Shown: positions 1 through 13,420 of the stretch, piece by piece
Position numbering within the stretch: the stretch's first letter is position 1
Layout of the letters: every line of letters begins with the position of its first letter
DNA from: Eledone cirrhosa
Lineage: Eukaryota
Length of the DNA stretch: 64,000 nucleotides
Reading direction: 5' to 3'
Assembly (NCBI GenBank): GCA_964016885.1
Contig: OZ024741.1
Location: 71,052,001-71,116,000, forward strand
The notes under the pieces: generated by a model
The model's input: the letters and a program-made list of their open reading frames with translations, nothing else
Told to the model about the DNA's origin: nothing
Database searches by the model: none
Translations under genes and position numbers: made by a program

Positions 1-521
1 ATATCAATATATTACTAAAGGATTATAACTTGTAAATATAACCATAACAATATAAATCTAAAATACCAAAGGAATATATTTTGGAAATGTAACTGTATCA
101 GTATAGACATAAGGAATCTAGAAATATCAAAGCATTAAATATCTTATACTATAGAGTATCTTAAGTTAAAATAATATGTTTTATATATTTATTATAGAAA
201 TTTATCCTACGTATATCTCAATCAAGATATTGAAAGGGTAGACTTATGAAAGTTATGAGAAGCTATCATAATCAAAACAAATAAATAAAAATGATTTAAA
301 AGATTTAAAAAACCCAATGATTCTACAGATAACCTTATATTTAGTATAGAAATTTACCTTACGTATATTTTATTTAATACATTGGAAGTATAGACATTTT
401 AGAGTAGTCTATTATATCCTTGTTTATATTTAGGAAGAAAGTTTAAAAAGAAAAAGGTGAAGGAATCTAATGATTTATCAACAGGTTCCATATATTAACT
501 AAAATTGCTTAATTAATTATA

Positions 522-2625
522 CTACATTTTAAATTTATATTTATATTTAAACGTTGAGTTCAATCTATGTCTGCAGCAACTGAATAAATTGTTCCTTAGA
601 TTAAGGGAATTTTTGGACTTTAATATAAAGAATATTTCTTCAATACAAAGACCACAATTCTCTGAAGAGGAATTAAAAGGAGTAGCTTTTGAAATAATAT
701 TCCAATTCATCGAATATTTAATATTATCTCGTTTTAGGTCCCATAGTAGGCTAGATAGCGAAGTTGAAGATTTTTTGTTTGGATCTGTGAAAGAATTCTT
801 ATGATTATTGAAGCGAAATTTAAATTCTGTAGAGGTGGAACCAACATAGTTAAATGAATTTAAATTAGTGTTAACATTACAATTGTACACTACATTTTTA
901 GCTAAGCAGTTGTTGTTTAACGGACAGTTAGATTTATTTCTACAGTTACAGTTATATAATTGAATATTGTTTGGGTTATTATTGGTATTTTGGTTAGGTT
1001 TTAAATTCCTATTATTAATTCTATTAATATTTTGTGCTAAATTTTTGGTGGACGAGTAAGTTAATTTTATAGTGTGTCTATTAAAAATTGAGTAATATTT
1101 ATGTGTTCTAGGGAAGCGTGTGTCAAGAGCTTTAAAGAATAGTTTAGCAATAGGGGTTTTAATATTTAGAGAGAAAGGGGGAGCAAACCATAATATATTT
1201 CTAGTTCTATTTCTTTTTCTGCTTTTGGAATTATTGTAATGTTTTCTACTATAGTTGTTAAAGTTGTTACCGTAATTGAAATTGTTATTATTTTGGTTAG
1301 TTTGCTTATTATTATTATTATCGATGTATTTAATTTTATTTCTATATCCAGCTCTACCTAACGCTTCGTTGTAATACTGCGCTTTTTCATCAAATATATT
1401 TTTATTAGATGAAATTCTTGAAATTCGTTCTTGAACAGAGTTCACTATAGTATTTTTAACAGATCTGGGGTGATTAGAGTTAAAGTTGACATAATTCAAG
1501 TTCTCATTTAGTTTGTGAAATGGATAGTGAAGACATGTGTTGAGATTTAGTGTTACATCAAGAAAATTGACTATTCTATGGTTATTCTCTATTTCTATTT
1601 TTAGATTAAGGTAATTAAAAAATTGTATAATTTGTTTTCTTTTTCTATTTAGTTCACAGCTATTATTTTCTATAAGTAAAAGCATGTCATCCCGAAATAA
1701 TCCTCCGGTTACACCTGGTATTTTTCTATGTAGCGAATTAATTATAAATAGGCCCACAAGGTCCGTTACCTGAGCTGAGTCTGATGATCCCATAGTTATG
1801 TCGAAATTATTATTTCTATCTGCTCTAGTCCAGAGTTGGTTATTAAATTCTATCAATGTTTTCCTTGCCGATAATATAATGTGCATTTCATTGCTAGTTA
1901 GGTCAGTATGTTTAAATGCGTAATTTAGTGCCTTATTCAGTAGATTAGGAGTGATAGATGAATAGTAGTTAGCAATATCCAGCTGAATAAACTTATTATT
2001 ACAGTTATATTTAATTTCTTTAAACCACTCAATAACCTCACTAGTCCCTTTCCATAATTTTAAGTAAGATAAATTAGGTAAGTTTATAATTTGTTGTATT
2101 ACCCTGTCTAGAATATTTTTGCTAAGTTTTCCCAGGTCAGATTTGGATGGTGCAATTAATCTGACTGGTAAATCATTTTCAAAGTTTCTTTTGTGATCCT
2201 TCATATTGATCTTGGGTTTCCTAGGCATGAAGGGTTGTGTTTTATTCTCAATGTCTAATTCATGCATTATACAAGATGCATCTGTATTCAGTTTTTCGAG
2301 TTCGTCCTTACTTGCTACCTTGTACTTTTTCCTTAGTTCTTTCAATATAAGGTCGTTATACATGTCCTTTTGTACTCCATAAAGGTTATTAGTTTTGTCC
2401 GACTTCACTAAAATTTTCTCTGTTTTCTCCAGGTTTTCAATATTAACCTTAATAGATCTTAAGTAGTCCTGGCCTTTGAAGTTTCTCTTGAATTTGATGC
2501 CTTGGATGATAGATACTATATCGTTTTCAAAATCCATTAGTAGTTTGTTGGGGGGTGGATTTTTTTTAGATTTGAAAATTTTATCCAGATTTGAAACATT
2601 TTCATTTAGATTAGATTTATCAAAG
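522..2625 (-). CDS. PLE reverse transcriptase + GIY-YIG endonuclease (N-terminus missing; the first ~80 aa of the 780-aa track ORF are read-through from the inverted repeat)
   Basis: RT motifs KSDKTNN, QLDIANYYSSI, ITMGSSDSAQV, LFRDDML, VNFLDVTL. Nuclease region CNCRNKSNCPLNNNCL...VVY...YVGST...FKFRFNNH...CGLC..E...LNLR...CCRH, typical of Naiad-type PLEs. Confidence 0.88.
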
Positions 2626-2650
2626 CTATTTGTAAAACTGTTATATATTG

Positions 2651-2715
2651 TATTTTGTCTGATGAAGGCATACCATAATTTAATGTGGTATCCCTGAAAT
2701 ATGTATAATGAAATA
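2651..2715 (+). ncRNA. Type I hammerhead ribozyme in the inverted PLE terminal repeat
   Basis: TATTTTGT-CTGATGA-AGGCATACCA-(10 nt loop)-TGGTATCCCT-GAAA-TATGT-ATA-ATGAAATA: conserved core, stem I, stem II, minimal stem III, AUA cleavage triplet. Confidence 0.8.
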
Positions 2716-2856
2716 AATATGGTTTTATAAATATAGTTTCCATTTATTAATATCGTATACCTACTCCAAAAACTTGTCGAGTGCTTTATATCAGTTATAA
2801 AAATATTTACTTGTTGTATCCCAACAACTTTAAATAGAACTTTTGCATATATATAT

Positions 2857-3050
2857 ATCATCATCGTTTAATGTTCATTTTCCACACTAGCACGAGTCAG
2901 ATGAATTGTCCCCTTGTGAGATAAGTCAGATTAGGTGACCATTTCTTGCTCATACAGAACTGTTTCTGATTTTGTTTCTACAGCTGGATGCCCTTCTTAA
3001 TGCCAACCATATTTACAGTATGGGTTGAGTGCTTTGTATTGTGGCACCAA
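2857..3050 (-). mobile_element. Degenerate RTE/SINE 3'-tail fragment
   Basis: catcatcgtttaa...ctacagctggatgcccttcttaatgccaacc resembles the RTE tails at 47318 and 55241. Confidence 0.6.
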
Positions 3051-3079
3051 AATGATCAACTGACAGGTTAGATTGGGTA

Positions 3080-3400
3080 CCATGATGACAACAATGATTA
3101 TGACAACAATCACCACAACAACGATGACAATAACAAAAATGATGCTGACAATGAGGACAATAACAACGATAATGACAATAATGACAATGACAACAATGAT
3201 GACAATGATGATAATACCAGTGATGACGACAATGATGATGATGACAACAATGATGACAGTGATGACAATGATGGTAATACCAGTGATGACAACAATAACA
3301 ACGACCATGATGATAATGATGACAACAACGATGATAATGATAAAAATAACATCAACAACAATAATTACACTGATGACAAGGATTACAACAACAATGATGG
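3080..3400. repeat. Imperfect (GAT/GAC/ACA)n trinucleotide microsatellite
   Basis: atgacaacaatgatgaca... pattern; source of the Met/Thr and Ile/Val ORFs. Confidence 0.9.
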
Positions 3401-4249
3401 GAGCAGCAATGAAGGTGGTAAAAGAAGAATGAATGGAAAAAAATAATAAAGACAGAAAAGAATCTAAACATGAGGAAAATTTTGAAGAGGAAGAAGAAAT
3501 GGAAAAAGAAAAAAAAGAATGAAAAAAACAATCAATAAACACCAAATAGGAACATAAATAAATGAAAGATTTGAGAAACAAACAACAAAGAACAAACAAA
3601 CAAACAAACAAATGTTCTTGAAATTATATCAAAGAATTTTTAAAAAACAAAGTTGTTTTTGAAAAAATATAAATATGAAATACATCTATAATTAGAAATT
3701 CAAAGTGAACTTCAAAACAATAGAGAGTTTGAAAGTGTTACTCTAAGACTGAAGCAATTCCTTGTTAAAAGTTCTGGAAGTAATGAGCACAAGGGTGTGG
3801 TGCCAAACAACACTCATATGGAGATCATAACAGAAAATATTTGGAATCAAGCAAATATGGTAACAATTTCAGAGATTTTTGTGGTGATGGTGGTGGTGGG
3901 TTTCACTGTCTCCGTGAGATTGAATTCTGGCTTGTTTTTATGCTAACATGGGTTGTAAACTCAAGATGGACCTTAAACCCAACATTAGTTGTAAACTTAA
4001 CATGGCTTGTAAAACCAAATCCCATGTCAAAACCAAACATGAGTCATAAACCACCATGAGTCATAAACGAAAAATGGGGCCAAAATGAAACATGAGTCAT
4101 AAACCCAATATAGGTCATAAATGTAACATGGTTCTCAAATCTAACATGGGTCATAATCCATGGATTCAAAACCAAACATGGGTCTTAAACCTGATATAAG
4201 TTATACAAATAACATGAATCATTAACACAACATGGGACCTAAATATAGC

Positions 4250-5737
4250 ATTCATCATAAACCTAATATGGTTCCTAAAGACAACATTCATCATAAACCT
4301 AACATGGTTCCTAAAGACAACATACATCATAAACCTAACATGGTTCCTAAAGACAACATACATCATAAACCTAATATGGTTCCTAAAGACAACATACATC
4401 ATAAACCTAATATGATTCCTCAAGACAACATACATCATAAACCTAATATGGTTCCTAAAGACAACATACATCATAAACCTAATATGGTTCCTAAAGACAA
4501 CATACATCATAAACCTAATATGGTTCCTAAAGACAACATACATCATAAACCTAATATGATTCCTAAACACAACATACATCATAAACCTAATATGATTCCT
4601 CAAGACAACATACATCATAAACCTAATATGATTCCTCAAGACAACACACATCATAAACCTAATATGGTTCCTAAAGACAACACACATCATAAACCTAATA
4701 TGGTTCCTAAAGACAACATACATCATAAACCTAATATGATTCCTAAAAACAACATACATCATAAACCTAATATGATTCCTCAAGACAACATACATCATAA
4801 ACCTAATATGATTCCTCAAGACAACATACATCATAAACCTAATATGGTTCCTAAAGACAACATTCATCATAAACCTAACATGGTTCCTAAAGACAACATT
4901 CATCATAAACCTAACATGGTTCCTAAAGACAACATTCATCATAAACCTAATATGGTTCCTAAAGACAACATTCATCATAAACCTAATATGATTCCTAAAG
5001 ACAACATACATCATAAACCTAATATGGTTCCTAAAGACAACATACATCATAAACCTAATATGGTTCCTAAAGACAACATTCATCATAAACCTAATATGGT
5101 TCCTAAAGACAACATTCATCATAAACCTAATATGGTTCCTAAAGACAACATTCATCATAAACCTAATATGGTTCCTAAAGACAACATTCATCATAAACCT
5201 AATATGATTCCTAAAGACAACATACATCATAAACCTAATATGGTTCCTAAAGACAACATACATCATAAACCTAATATGGTTCCTAAAGACAACATTCATC
5301 ATAAACCTAATATGGTTCCTAAAGACAACATTCATCATAAACCTAATATGGTTCCTAAAGACAACATACATCATAAACCTAATATGGTTCCTAAAGACAA
5401 CATACATCATAAACCTAATATGGTTCCTAAAGACAACATACATCATAAACCTAATATGGTTCCTAAAGACAACATACATCATAAACCTAATATGGTTCCT
5501 AAAGACAACATACATCATAAACCTAATATGGTTCCTAAAGACAACATTCATCATAAACCTAATATGGTTCCTAAAGACAACATTCATCATAAACCTAATA
5601 TGGTTCCTAAAGACAACATTCATCATAAACCTAATATGGTTCCTAAAGACAACATACATCATAAACCTAATATGGTTCCTAAAGACAACATACATCATAA
5701 ACCTAATATGGTTCCTAAAGACAACATACATCATAAG
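4250..5737. repeat. 36-bp minisatellite, ~41 copies, with degenerate 18-bp units on its flanks (~3940-4250)
   Basis: Unit CATCATAAACCTAATATGGTTCCTAAAGACAACAT(A/T), highly homogeneous. Confidence 0.95.
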
Positions 5738-6289
5738 CCCAACAGTGGGTCATAAACACAATAGGAGTCATAAAAAAGGTCAGTCATTAACCAACAAGAA
5801 GACTCAAATTTTAGGCTGATAGACAAAGCAATCATTGAAAATAAAATGGAAAGGGGATCAATATTTAACCTTTTTAATACAAATGTGACAGAACCATTTC
5901 TGCTCATATCTACTTCTCAAATGAAATGACTATGTGTTTGTTGAACCTCTGTTTGTTCTAGTGACAAGTGTCTCAGTTGTTTGAACAATGGAACAGCTCA
6001 TGAAATAAACATGAACCTTTTATGTATTACCCAGAGAAAGTCAGAGTAACACAGTGTATAATAAGGTTAGCCTCTTGAATTACAGGTAGAGCCCATTTGA
6101 CAGACTTCCAAACAGTTTCTTGTGACCCAATTTCACTTACAAGGCATAAATCAACCCAAAGATATTGTAAGTGCCACTTGTCCAAGAAAAGGTAGGAGAG
6201 GAAAGGAAGGAAACTGGACCTGCCAGTTTTGTGGGCTTCTTTGGCTTTAGGTAGTCTCAAGTTGCAGATAGCTAGATTGTGATTAGTTG

Positions 6290-6970
6290 ACAGCTCAGCC
6301 CCTCTCTTAACACAAACATCTAACAGAAAATCGAAGAGATTACAGTCAATAACAAAATCAATTATTGGTCTCTGTCCCTGATTCCTCTTATACCATATAT
6401 ATTTACAGATGTCTCAGTGCTGGAAGAAGGTTTTCATAATAGAGAGTCCATTCCTAGAACTGAAGTCCAATAAGGTCTCTCCATTCATGTTTAGATCAGG
6501 ATCATCATTCCTTCCAATCACTCCTTTCCATGCCAGGCAGTCAGTGCCAACATTGAAGTTTCCCATCAGGATATACAACTCCCCCTTAACTACATCTAAT
6601 GCTGCAGTGACTTCATGAAAGAAGGATCTGTATTCAGACTCCTTGTTTCGTGCATAAACTTGCACCACCCACAGAGACATATCTTTCAGCCTAAGCTTCA
6701 AGAGGCAAATATTCCCTCCTAATGGACTCCAGTCCATAACATATTCTGACAGCCGAGGGTGTGTGAGTATCCCCACTCCTGCCTGTGCAGTCATTTCTGG
6801 CACCACACCTGAATAATGGAGTTTCCATCCTCCATCCAAATCTACAGTACCAGAGCCATGGAACTTTGTTGAGGAAATCCTGACTATATCTAGCCGGTAG
6901 CATCTAGTCTCCTTCACTAGTTCCTGCTCCTTATCTGTAAGGATTGTGATGTTCCAGGTTCTAATTAAGG
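6290..6970 (-). pseudogene. Decayed LINE apurinic-type endonuclease (RTE-like)
   Basis: TWNITIL...RLDIVRISSTK...YSG...AGVGIL...QVYA...MGNFNVG...NGETLLDF...TFFQH; frame broken downstream. Confidence 0.8.
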
Positions 6971-7559
6971 TTTCCCCCTTCCAAACACTTTTTGGGTCTC
7001 AGGATATGCAATCTTTGTGCATCTTTCTCATGTCTCCCAAGACAGGCCACAGGCCCATAGCCAGTTCTTACAGCCTGAAATAGAGACTGCAATATATCTT
7101 TTGAACAGAACCCTCTACCTAAGGCATGAATGCATCCCTTTTAAGCTGCATGAAGGACAATGAGCTATAATTCTGTTTGTTACCTCTCACCATATTGCAG
7201 TTTTGGTGGGCTTATTCACGCCTGTCACCAATCTGGTACATGAGAAAATATTTATTTTATTAAATTCCTCCAAACATGATTATTTTCAAGATTAATTGAA
7301 ACACATGGGCAGTGTATTTCATTAGAAATACAGTAGCAAAAAGGCTAATAGTTTTAATTCAACAAACAATAGATTTGCTAATAGTTAATGTTGAGAAACT
7401 AAGTAATATGTACAGATAATCTGAAACACATTGTCCAAAAAGGCAGGAAGCGAGGAGTAGGTTGGAAGTGCTTAACCTTTCGTTATATTTCTATTGAAAT
7501 ATACTGTAATTAAATTAGTTGAAGGAAGGGATTTACTAAAATTATTAATTATTTTATTA

Positions 7560-7894
7560 TTAACCCTTTAGTTTTTAAACTAGCCATATCCGACCAGAAT
7601 TCTCTCACCTCTTTCTGTTCAAACTGGCTGTAACCAGTTGCTGATACAGATGTTAAGGTATTGTTCTTAAAATAAATAATATCAAAGTCTCACAGATTCG
7701 ATATTATGTGAGATAATTATGTGAGGTAAAGCCTTTACTGTGAAAATATAATAGTAAATATAGAGTGATGTAAATTATATTTGTAACATAACTTAATTAT
7801 AGTAAAATCATGTTGGAAAGTTTTAATTTAAATAGTTTGTTTTGTTTTATGGAACAAAGGACAGTTTTGGGTGGGTTGTTATCAACAGGGTTAA
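7560..7894. mobile_element. Possible piggyBac-type MITE
   Basis: Ends TTAA-CCCT...AGGG-TTAA; related fragments at 49283-49532 and ~61600-62010. Confidence 0.4.
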
Positions 7895-9575
7895 TCTGTG
7901 AATCAATATGAATAATATTAATAACATTAACTTACTATAAAATACTCTTTCGAATGTCAGGAGTTTTCAAAGTACAGTAAAAACCAATCTGAAAACAAAA
8001 ATAGAAAATAACATAAACTTTAAGTTCAGACATATTCATATGATAGTTTAGAATTGTACTTATAAATGTGAGTGTATATATTTGCATATCTGTGTGTGTG
8101 AGAGAGAGAGATGATAAGAGTGACTTTTCTGATGGTTATTATTCTTTAACAATGAAGTGTTTTACAATGTGTAGTTCTCGTAACTTTAGTCATCAACCAT
8201 TTTGATCAAGTTCCTCACTTTTAGAGCAATTTTTAAACTGGTCCTTTGCCCCCTGTTCTGGATGTTTAATATAGTCCTGGCATATATCTGGTGATATATA
8301 TATATATATATGTATGTATATATGTTTTCCACCTTGGATCCAGTTTACCTAATGGACTCAATTCCCCTCCCAAATTTCTTTAATCTTGCTCACATATGCT
8401 CATGTTTAATTCTCTACTCCGAGCCACAGTCACCCCTACCGCGTCTGCTGTCACACATGCACACATACATTCACCCCCTAGGTTCCTATGGCTCTGTTAT
8501 GGTCAGAAACACACACTTACAGCTTATACAGATGAACAAAAAACACACACCTCTACACTTAACTTCAAACTAACACACACAAACATACACATGGGTGTAC
8601 GAAGCTGTGAGCATGTGTGTTTATATACACACACATGCTCACAGCTTCATACTTACAAACACATACTCTCTTAAACTTACATATACATATATCCTCTTAG
8701 CTTTATATGGACGAATAACACACACACACACATATAAATAAATGTGCATGTGCACAACTCTGTTAATTTTCTTAAATTCATAAATACTAATCTGATGAAC
8801 ATGTTAACTCTCTCCACCCCCACCCCATTTATTGCAACGGCTTACACATATTTTAACACAATATTTTCCTTTTTTTATTTTTCATTCATGACTCTTGTGT
8901 TATAGGTAGAGTATAGAATGTTGACAGTGACTTTAAAGTTTCACCTATATATATATATACAGTGTGTCGTCTTGGGCAAGTACCACTTACTATAGCCTCA
9001 GATTGACCCATGCCTTGTGAGTGAAATTCGATGGATAGATGGAAACTATTTGAAAGCCTGTTGGATGGACTGTACCTGTAATTCCAGGGGCCAGTCTTGT
9101 CACACACTGTGTAATGCTGAATTTTCTTTAGATTTACATTAAATGTACACGACATGCGTCTGTGGACTGCTCAACCAATTATATGTTAATTTCATGAGCA
9201 GGCTGTTCCTTTGATCAAACATCTGGAACACCCATCATCGAAACAGGAGGTCCACACCACATATCTATATATGTGTGTGCATGTGTGTGTCTGTGTGCTT
9301 GTTCAAACCATGCTCACATGGAAAGCAGACATATATACATATATATATTTGTTATTTTGTGTTACAAATATATAAAAGTGCTCATACAACCATACGTTGG
9401 TGGTACGTAAAATCTGATAAATGTTAATATATGTGAGAAAACAGGAATTATATAATCCCTGTTTATCTTGCATACCATGTATTTGGGTCTATATATGTAT
9501 GTACATATACTAACATGTAGTTACATATAAAATATATCACAGTGTGTGTGTGTGTTTGCATGTATGTATGTGTGT

Positions 9576-9576
<1 letters not shown>

Positions 9577-9670
<94 letters not shown>
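9577..9670. repeat. (CA)n/(TA)n microsatellite
   Basis: Pure CA run followed by TA. Confidence 0.95.
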
Positions 9671-10260
9671 CGTTTGTGGGAAAGTAAAACCAAGAAAGAC
9701 CTGTGCAGAAGTGTTGAAAGCTGATCTCAGGATGCTGATGCTGACACTCACAATGGAGATGACAAAAGAAAAGAAAAATGAAGAGAAGCTCTACTGGTAA
9801 GCAATTATCTGACCCATCAAGTGTGGGAAAATGAACATAAATATGATATATATACATATATCATCACTCCCCACTGCCCAAATGATGTTGGCATCATCTT
9901 AAAAATACACCTAAAGCTTGGGCCTCATGCTATCTGCCCACAGCAAAAATCAAACACACATCTCATAACAACATTACAGCACAACTATTTCACCTCTCTT
10001 TAACATTACACATTAAAACATAAAATTAAAAAAGTCTTTCGACAAATTCCTCCAAGAAATCCCGGATAAACCTCCTACACCCGGATATGTCTCTGTAAAC
10101 AATGACTCTACTTGAGTGGGCCATGATGTCCAAATCCTGATTTGAAAGACTTCACTATTAAGTTAGACATGGCCTGCGTCATTACTGGCCGAGAGTTATC
10201 AAAATTAAGTTACATACTTATATACAATACAATACATACATTCATACATCATCATTCTTT

Positions 10261-10601
10261 CATCATCATCATTTCATTTTTACGTCCGCTTTTTCCCTGC
10301 TTGCAAGGGTGGGACGGGAACTGATTCTGGTTTGATTTATACAGCTGGATGCCCTTCCTAACACCAACCTCATTTACAGTGAGTGCTGGGTGCTTTTTTG
10401 CCGTGGCACCTCCACGACCACTTTGCAGTGGAATGATATGGACCCCAGTCCCTATCATCTCATTTCTACAGCTGAGTAAACTGGAGCAATGTGAAATAAA
10501 GTGTCTTGCTCAAGGAAACAACACATCACCCAGTCTGAGAATTGAACTCACAACCTTTCAATTGGAAGGCCTATGCACTAACCACTAAGCCATGTGCCTC
10601 C

Positions 10602-10602
<1 letters not shown>
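10261..10602 (-). mobile_element. tRNA-derived SINE with an RTE-derived 3' tail
   Basis: Minus strand: GGCTTAGTGGTTAG (A box), GAGTTCAATTC (B box), central domain, then a tail near-identical to the 3' UTR of the RTE at 41682, ending in (GAT)n. Confidence 0.8.
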
Positions 10603-10658
<56 letters not shown>

Positions 10659-10664
10659 ATCATT

Positions 10665-10850
10665 GGTGGATTGGCAGTATCGGTAGAGGGTCGGACGCCA
10701 TGCTTTCCAGCATAGTTACGTCCCTTTACGATCTGAGTTCAAATCCCGCCGAGGTTGACTTTGCCTTTCATCCTTACGGGGTCGATAAAATAAAGTACCA
10801 GTAATGCACTGGATAATTGCTGGCCTTGTGCCTAAAGTAGAAACAATTAT
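10665..10850 (+). mobile_element. ~185-bp tRNA-derived SINE (Meta-domain-like family)
   Basis: GAGTTCAAATCC B box, then GCCTTTCATCCTTACGGGGTCGATAAAATAAAGTACCAG and an (ATT) tail; many copies in the window. Confidence 0.8.
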
Positions 10851-12315
10851 TACATCCACTATTTCATGTTGGTTTGGGTTTGACAGGATGTTTTTGAGAT
10901 AATGGTTCATAGTTGTATGCCCTTCCTTTCTGATGCCAACCTTTTATTACCTCTTACAATGCACAATGATATAGTGTACCTATTTCAAAAGTAGGATACA
11001 TATACACACATGTATACGCTTTTATACACACATATGCACGTTTACATATATACATATATGTGTGTATACATGTGGGTGTGTGTGTGTGCATATATATATA
11101 TATATATATAGAAATTTGTAATAAATTTGTAATAAATTAAAGTGAAAACCAATAAAATTGGCAGAACGACCCTCCCAAGTATAACAATATCTGTTGAAAT
11201 CTTGTAAAACAAAGAAATATGGTTAAAAGAAGGGTCAAATAAGTTAACAATGGTATGTTACAGGAATATCTTTTTATACCAAGTGATATAATGAAATCAA
11301 GTAAAACAGAAATAAAGGCAAATTGACAGCCATTAGAGTTGAGGACAAAATGCCATTGTAGTATTTGTTTTGGCTCTTTACTAGTCAAGTACTGGGGTTG
11401 ATTTTGCCCTTCCCCCAAAATTTGCTGTCCTTGTGCATAAATTAGAAATCAATATTTGTTCCAACTTGCTACACTTGAGTTCAAATCCCACTGAGGTCAA
11501 TTTTGCCTTTCAATCTGTCAAAGTTGATACAATAACAAAGTACCAGTCCAAGGGTGATAGTATGGCAGAACTGTTAGAGAATAGAACTCCCTGAGTAAAC
11601 AGTACAAAAAAAGAAAGAAAAAAACCTGTTGCATGCACCACCACCACACCCCACACCCACAACCACTACCACACCACCACCTTTTCCACCCCAAACTTTT
11701 CTACTGACATTTTCAGGGTGCAGCATTAGAAGCATCATCAATTTTCACCATTCTGGGAAGTGAGTGGAGAGGGGGAGAAAGGCTCTATTAATGTCACAGA
11801 CACTACTTCTTCCTCCCCTGAATAACTTACACAAAAAATATAATGCAGAAATGGGAACAAAGTAATTTTTCTGGAAGGATTTCTTTTTTTCTTCTTTTTG
11901 TTCAAAGCTGACTAATATAAGCTGATAAATAAACCAAAGATGAAAATAAAAGTAAATAATAAAACCTTAAATATAACAAAAAACTATGATGGGGGTGCAA
12001 ACATAGGTACTGTGTGACATATTGGTCAAGTGTCTTCTATCACATGGGTTTGACCAATGCCTTGTAAGAGAAATATGTGGCTGTGAATATCTCAAATCAT
12101 TAATAGTCGATTTAGGAATACTATTGTTCCAAACAAAGCATAAAGAGCTGAAGAGGAAATATGAAAAATCTTTTATAAAAAAAAAATCAGTCATGTTTTC
12201 TATATAGCATGTTCTATATATGTGAGTGGGTGGAAAGAGAGGGGGGCAACAAGTACTGGAGTAAAAGAGGCTAAAAATATGAAAATATATAAAATAAGTC
12301 TCAAAGAAAACAGAA

Positions 12316-12498
12316 TGAAAACAAAATAATTGTTTCTACTATTGGCACAAGGCCAGCAATTACCCAGTACATTACTGGTACTTTATTTTATCGACCCTGT
12401 AAGGGTGAACGGCAAAGTTAACCTCGGCAGGATTTGAACTCAGAATGGCAAGGGCCGTAACTCTATGCGTCAAAGCATGACAATGAAAATAAAATAAT
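12316..12498 (-). mobile_element. SINE of the same family, with a ~15-bp TSD
   Basis: Reverse complement of the 10665 element, flanked by TGAAAA(C/T)AAAATAAT. Confidence 0.75.
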
Positions 12499-12504
12499 AC
12501 ACAC

Positions 12505-12842
12505 CCAACAGATCTAACCAGCCACCAGATCAGTCAGCCAACCAACCAACCAACCACCAGATCAGCCAGCCAACCAACCACTAGATCAGCCAACCAGCCA
12601 ACCACTAGATCAGCCAACCAACCAACCACCAGATCAGCCAGCCAACCAACCACTAGATCAGCCAACCAACCAACCACCAGATCAGCCAGCCAACCAACCA
12701 CTAGATCAGCCAACCAACCACCAGATCAGCCAACCAACCAACCACCAGATCAGCCAACCAACCAACCAACCAACCACCAGACCAGCCAACCAGCCACTAG
12801 ACCAGTCAACCAAATACCAGATCAGCCACCCAACTAACCAAG
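12505..12842. repeat. (CCAA)n-based minisatellite punctuated by AGATCAG
   Basis: accagatcagccaaccaacc repeats of variable length. Confidence 0.9.
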
Positions 12843-13222
12843 TGATTCTAAAATTGTTGTGAAAGCATCAATGGTTATAGAATGACATCATCGGTGTGAC
12901 AGCTTATCAACAACGATGTTAATAAGGATGTAAACTATATAGCTAGCTTGTGTGTGAAGGAGACAGCAGAATAAGAGAATAGAAGAATGAAGAGGGCAAT
13001 ACTGTGATGTAAAGAAGAACACTACTACAGGTGGTGATGACAATATGGTGGTGGTTACAAAGATAATGATAGTGATGGTACAGCCGGTGACAGTAATGGT
13101 GGTGTTGAAATCTAGTCAGCTCATTTCTATAACTTCCTGAGTTATGTCAATGTAGTCTACAGATTTAACCCACAGAGAAACATTCTAAATCAAAAACCAT
13201 TATTATTATTAATATAAGCATG

Positions 13223-13420
13223 AGGGAGATTGACAGTTTCAGTAGAAGGTCGGATGCCATACTTTGCAGCATAGAGTTACGCCCCTTTATGGTCTGAGTT
13301 CAAATCCCGCCGAGGTTAACTTTGCCTTTCATCCTTACGAGGTTGATAAAATAAGTACCAGTAATGCACTGGATAATTGCTGGTCTTGTGCCAAAAGTAG
13401 AAACAATTAATATAATAATA
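13223..13420 (+). mobile_element. SINE of the same family
   Basis: Matches 10665-10850; further decayed copies at ~14030-14730. Confidence 0.75.

Larger units (their letters stand above)
1..2846 (-). mobile_element. Penelope-like retroelement (Naiad-like), copy 1; 5'-truncated, with an inverted terminal-repeat segment at its 5' end; 3' UTR runs off the window
   Basis: RT + GIY-YIG ORF at 522..~2625. Segment ~2627-2846 matches the reverse complement of 19051-19270, carries a hammerhead and ends in a TA run. Confidence 0.85.

Noticed and set aside
2626-2864. N-terminal ~80 aa of the 780-aa ORF
   Set aside because: Derives from the inverted non-coding repeat; the homologous segment in copy 2 is not part of its ORF.
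2997-3611. Hydrophobic 204-aa ORF and overlapping Met/Thr-rich ORF
   Set aside because: Trinucleotide repeat translation.
4250-5737. CRISPR-like 36-bp periodicity (also 16022-16407)
   Set aside because: No unique spacers and no cas genes; head-to-tail minisatellite in a eukaryotic context.
9675-9800. Exon-like segment ending in GTAAG
   Set aside because: KPRKTCAEVLKADLRMLML matches the RTE C-terminus (RPRKTWDEVIKADL); it is a LINE relic.
10560-10760. tRNA-like A/B boxes
   Set aside because: SINE heads; no complete cloverleaf.
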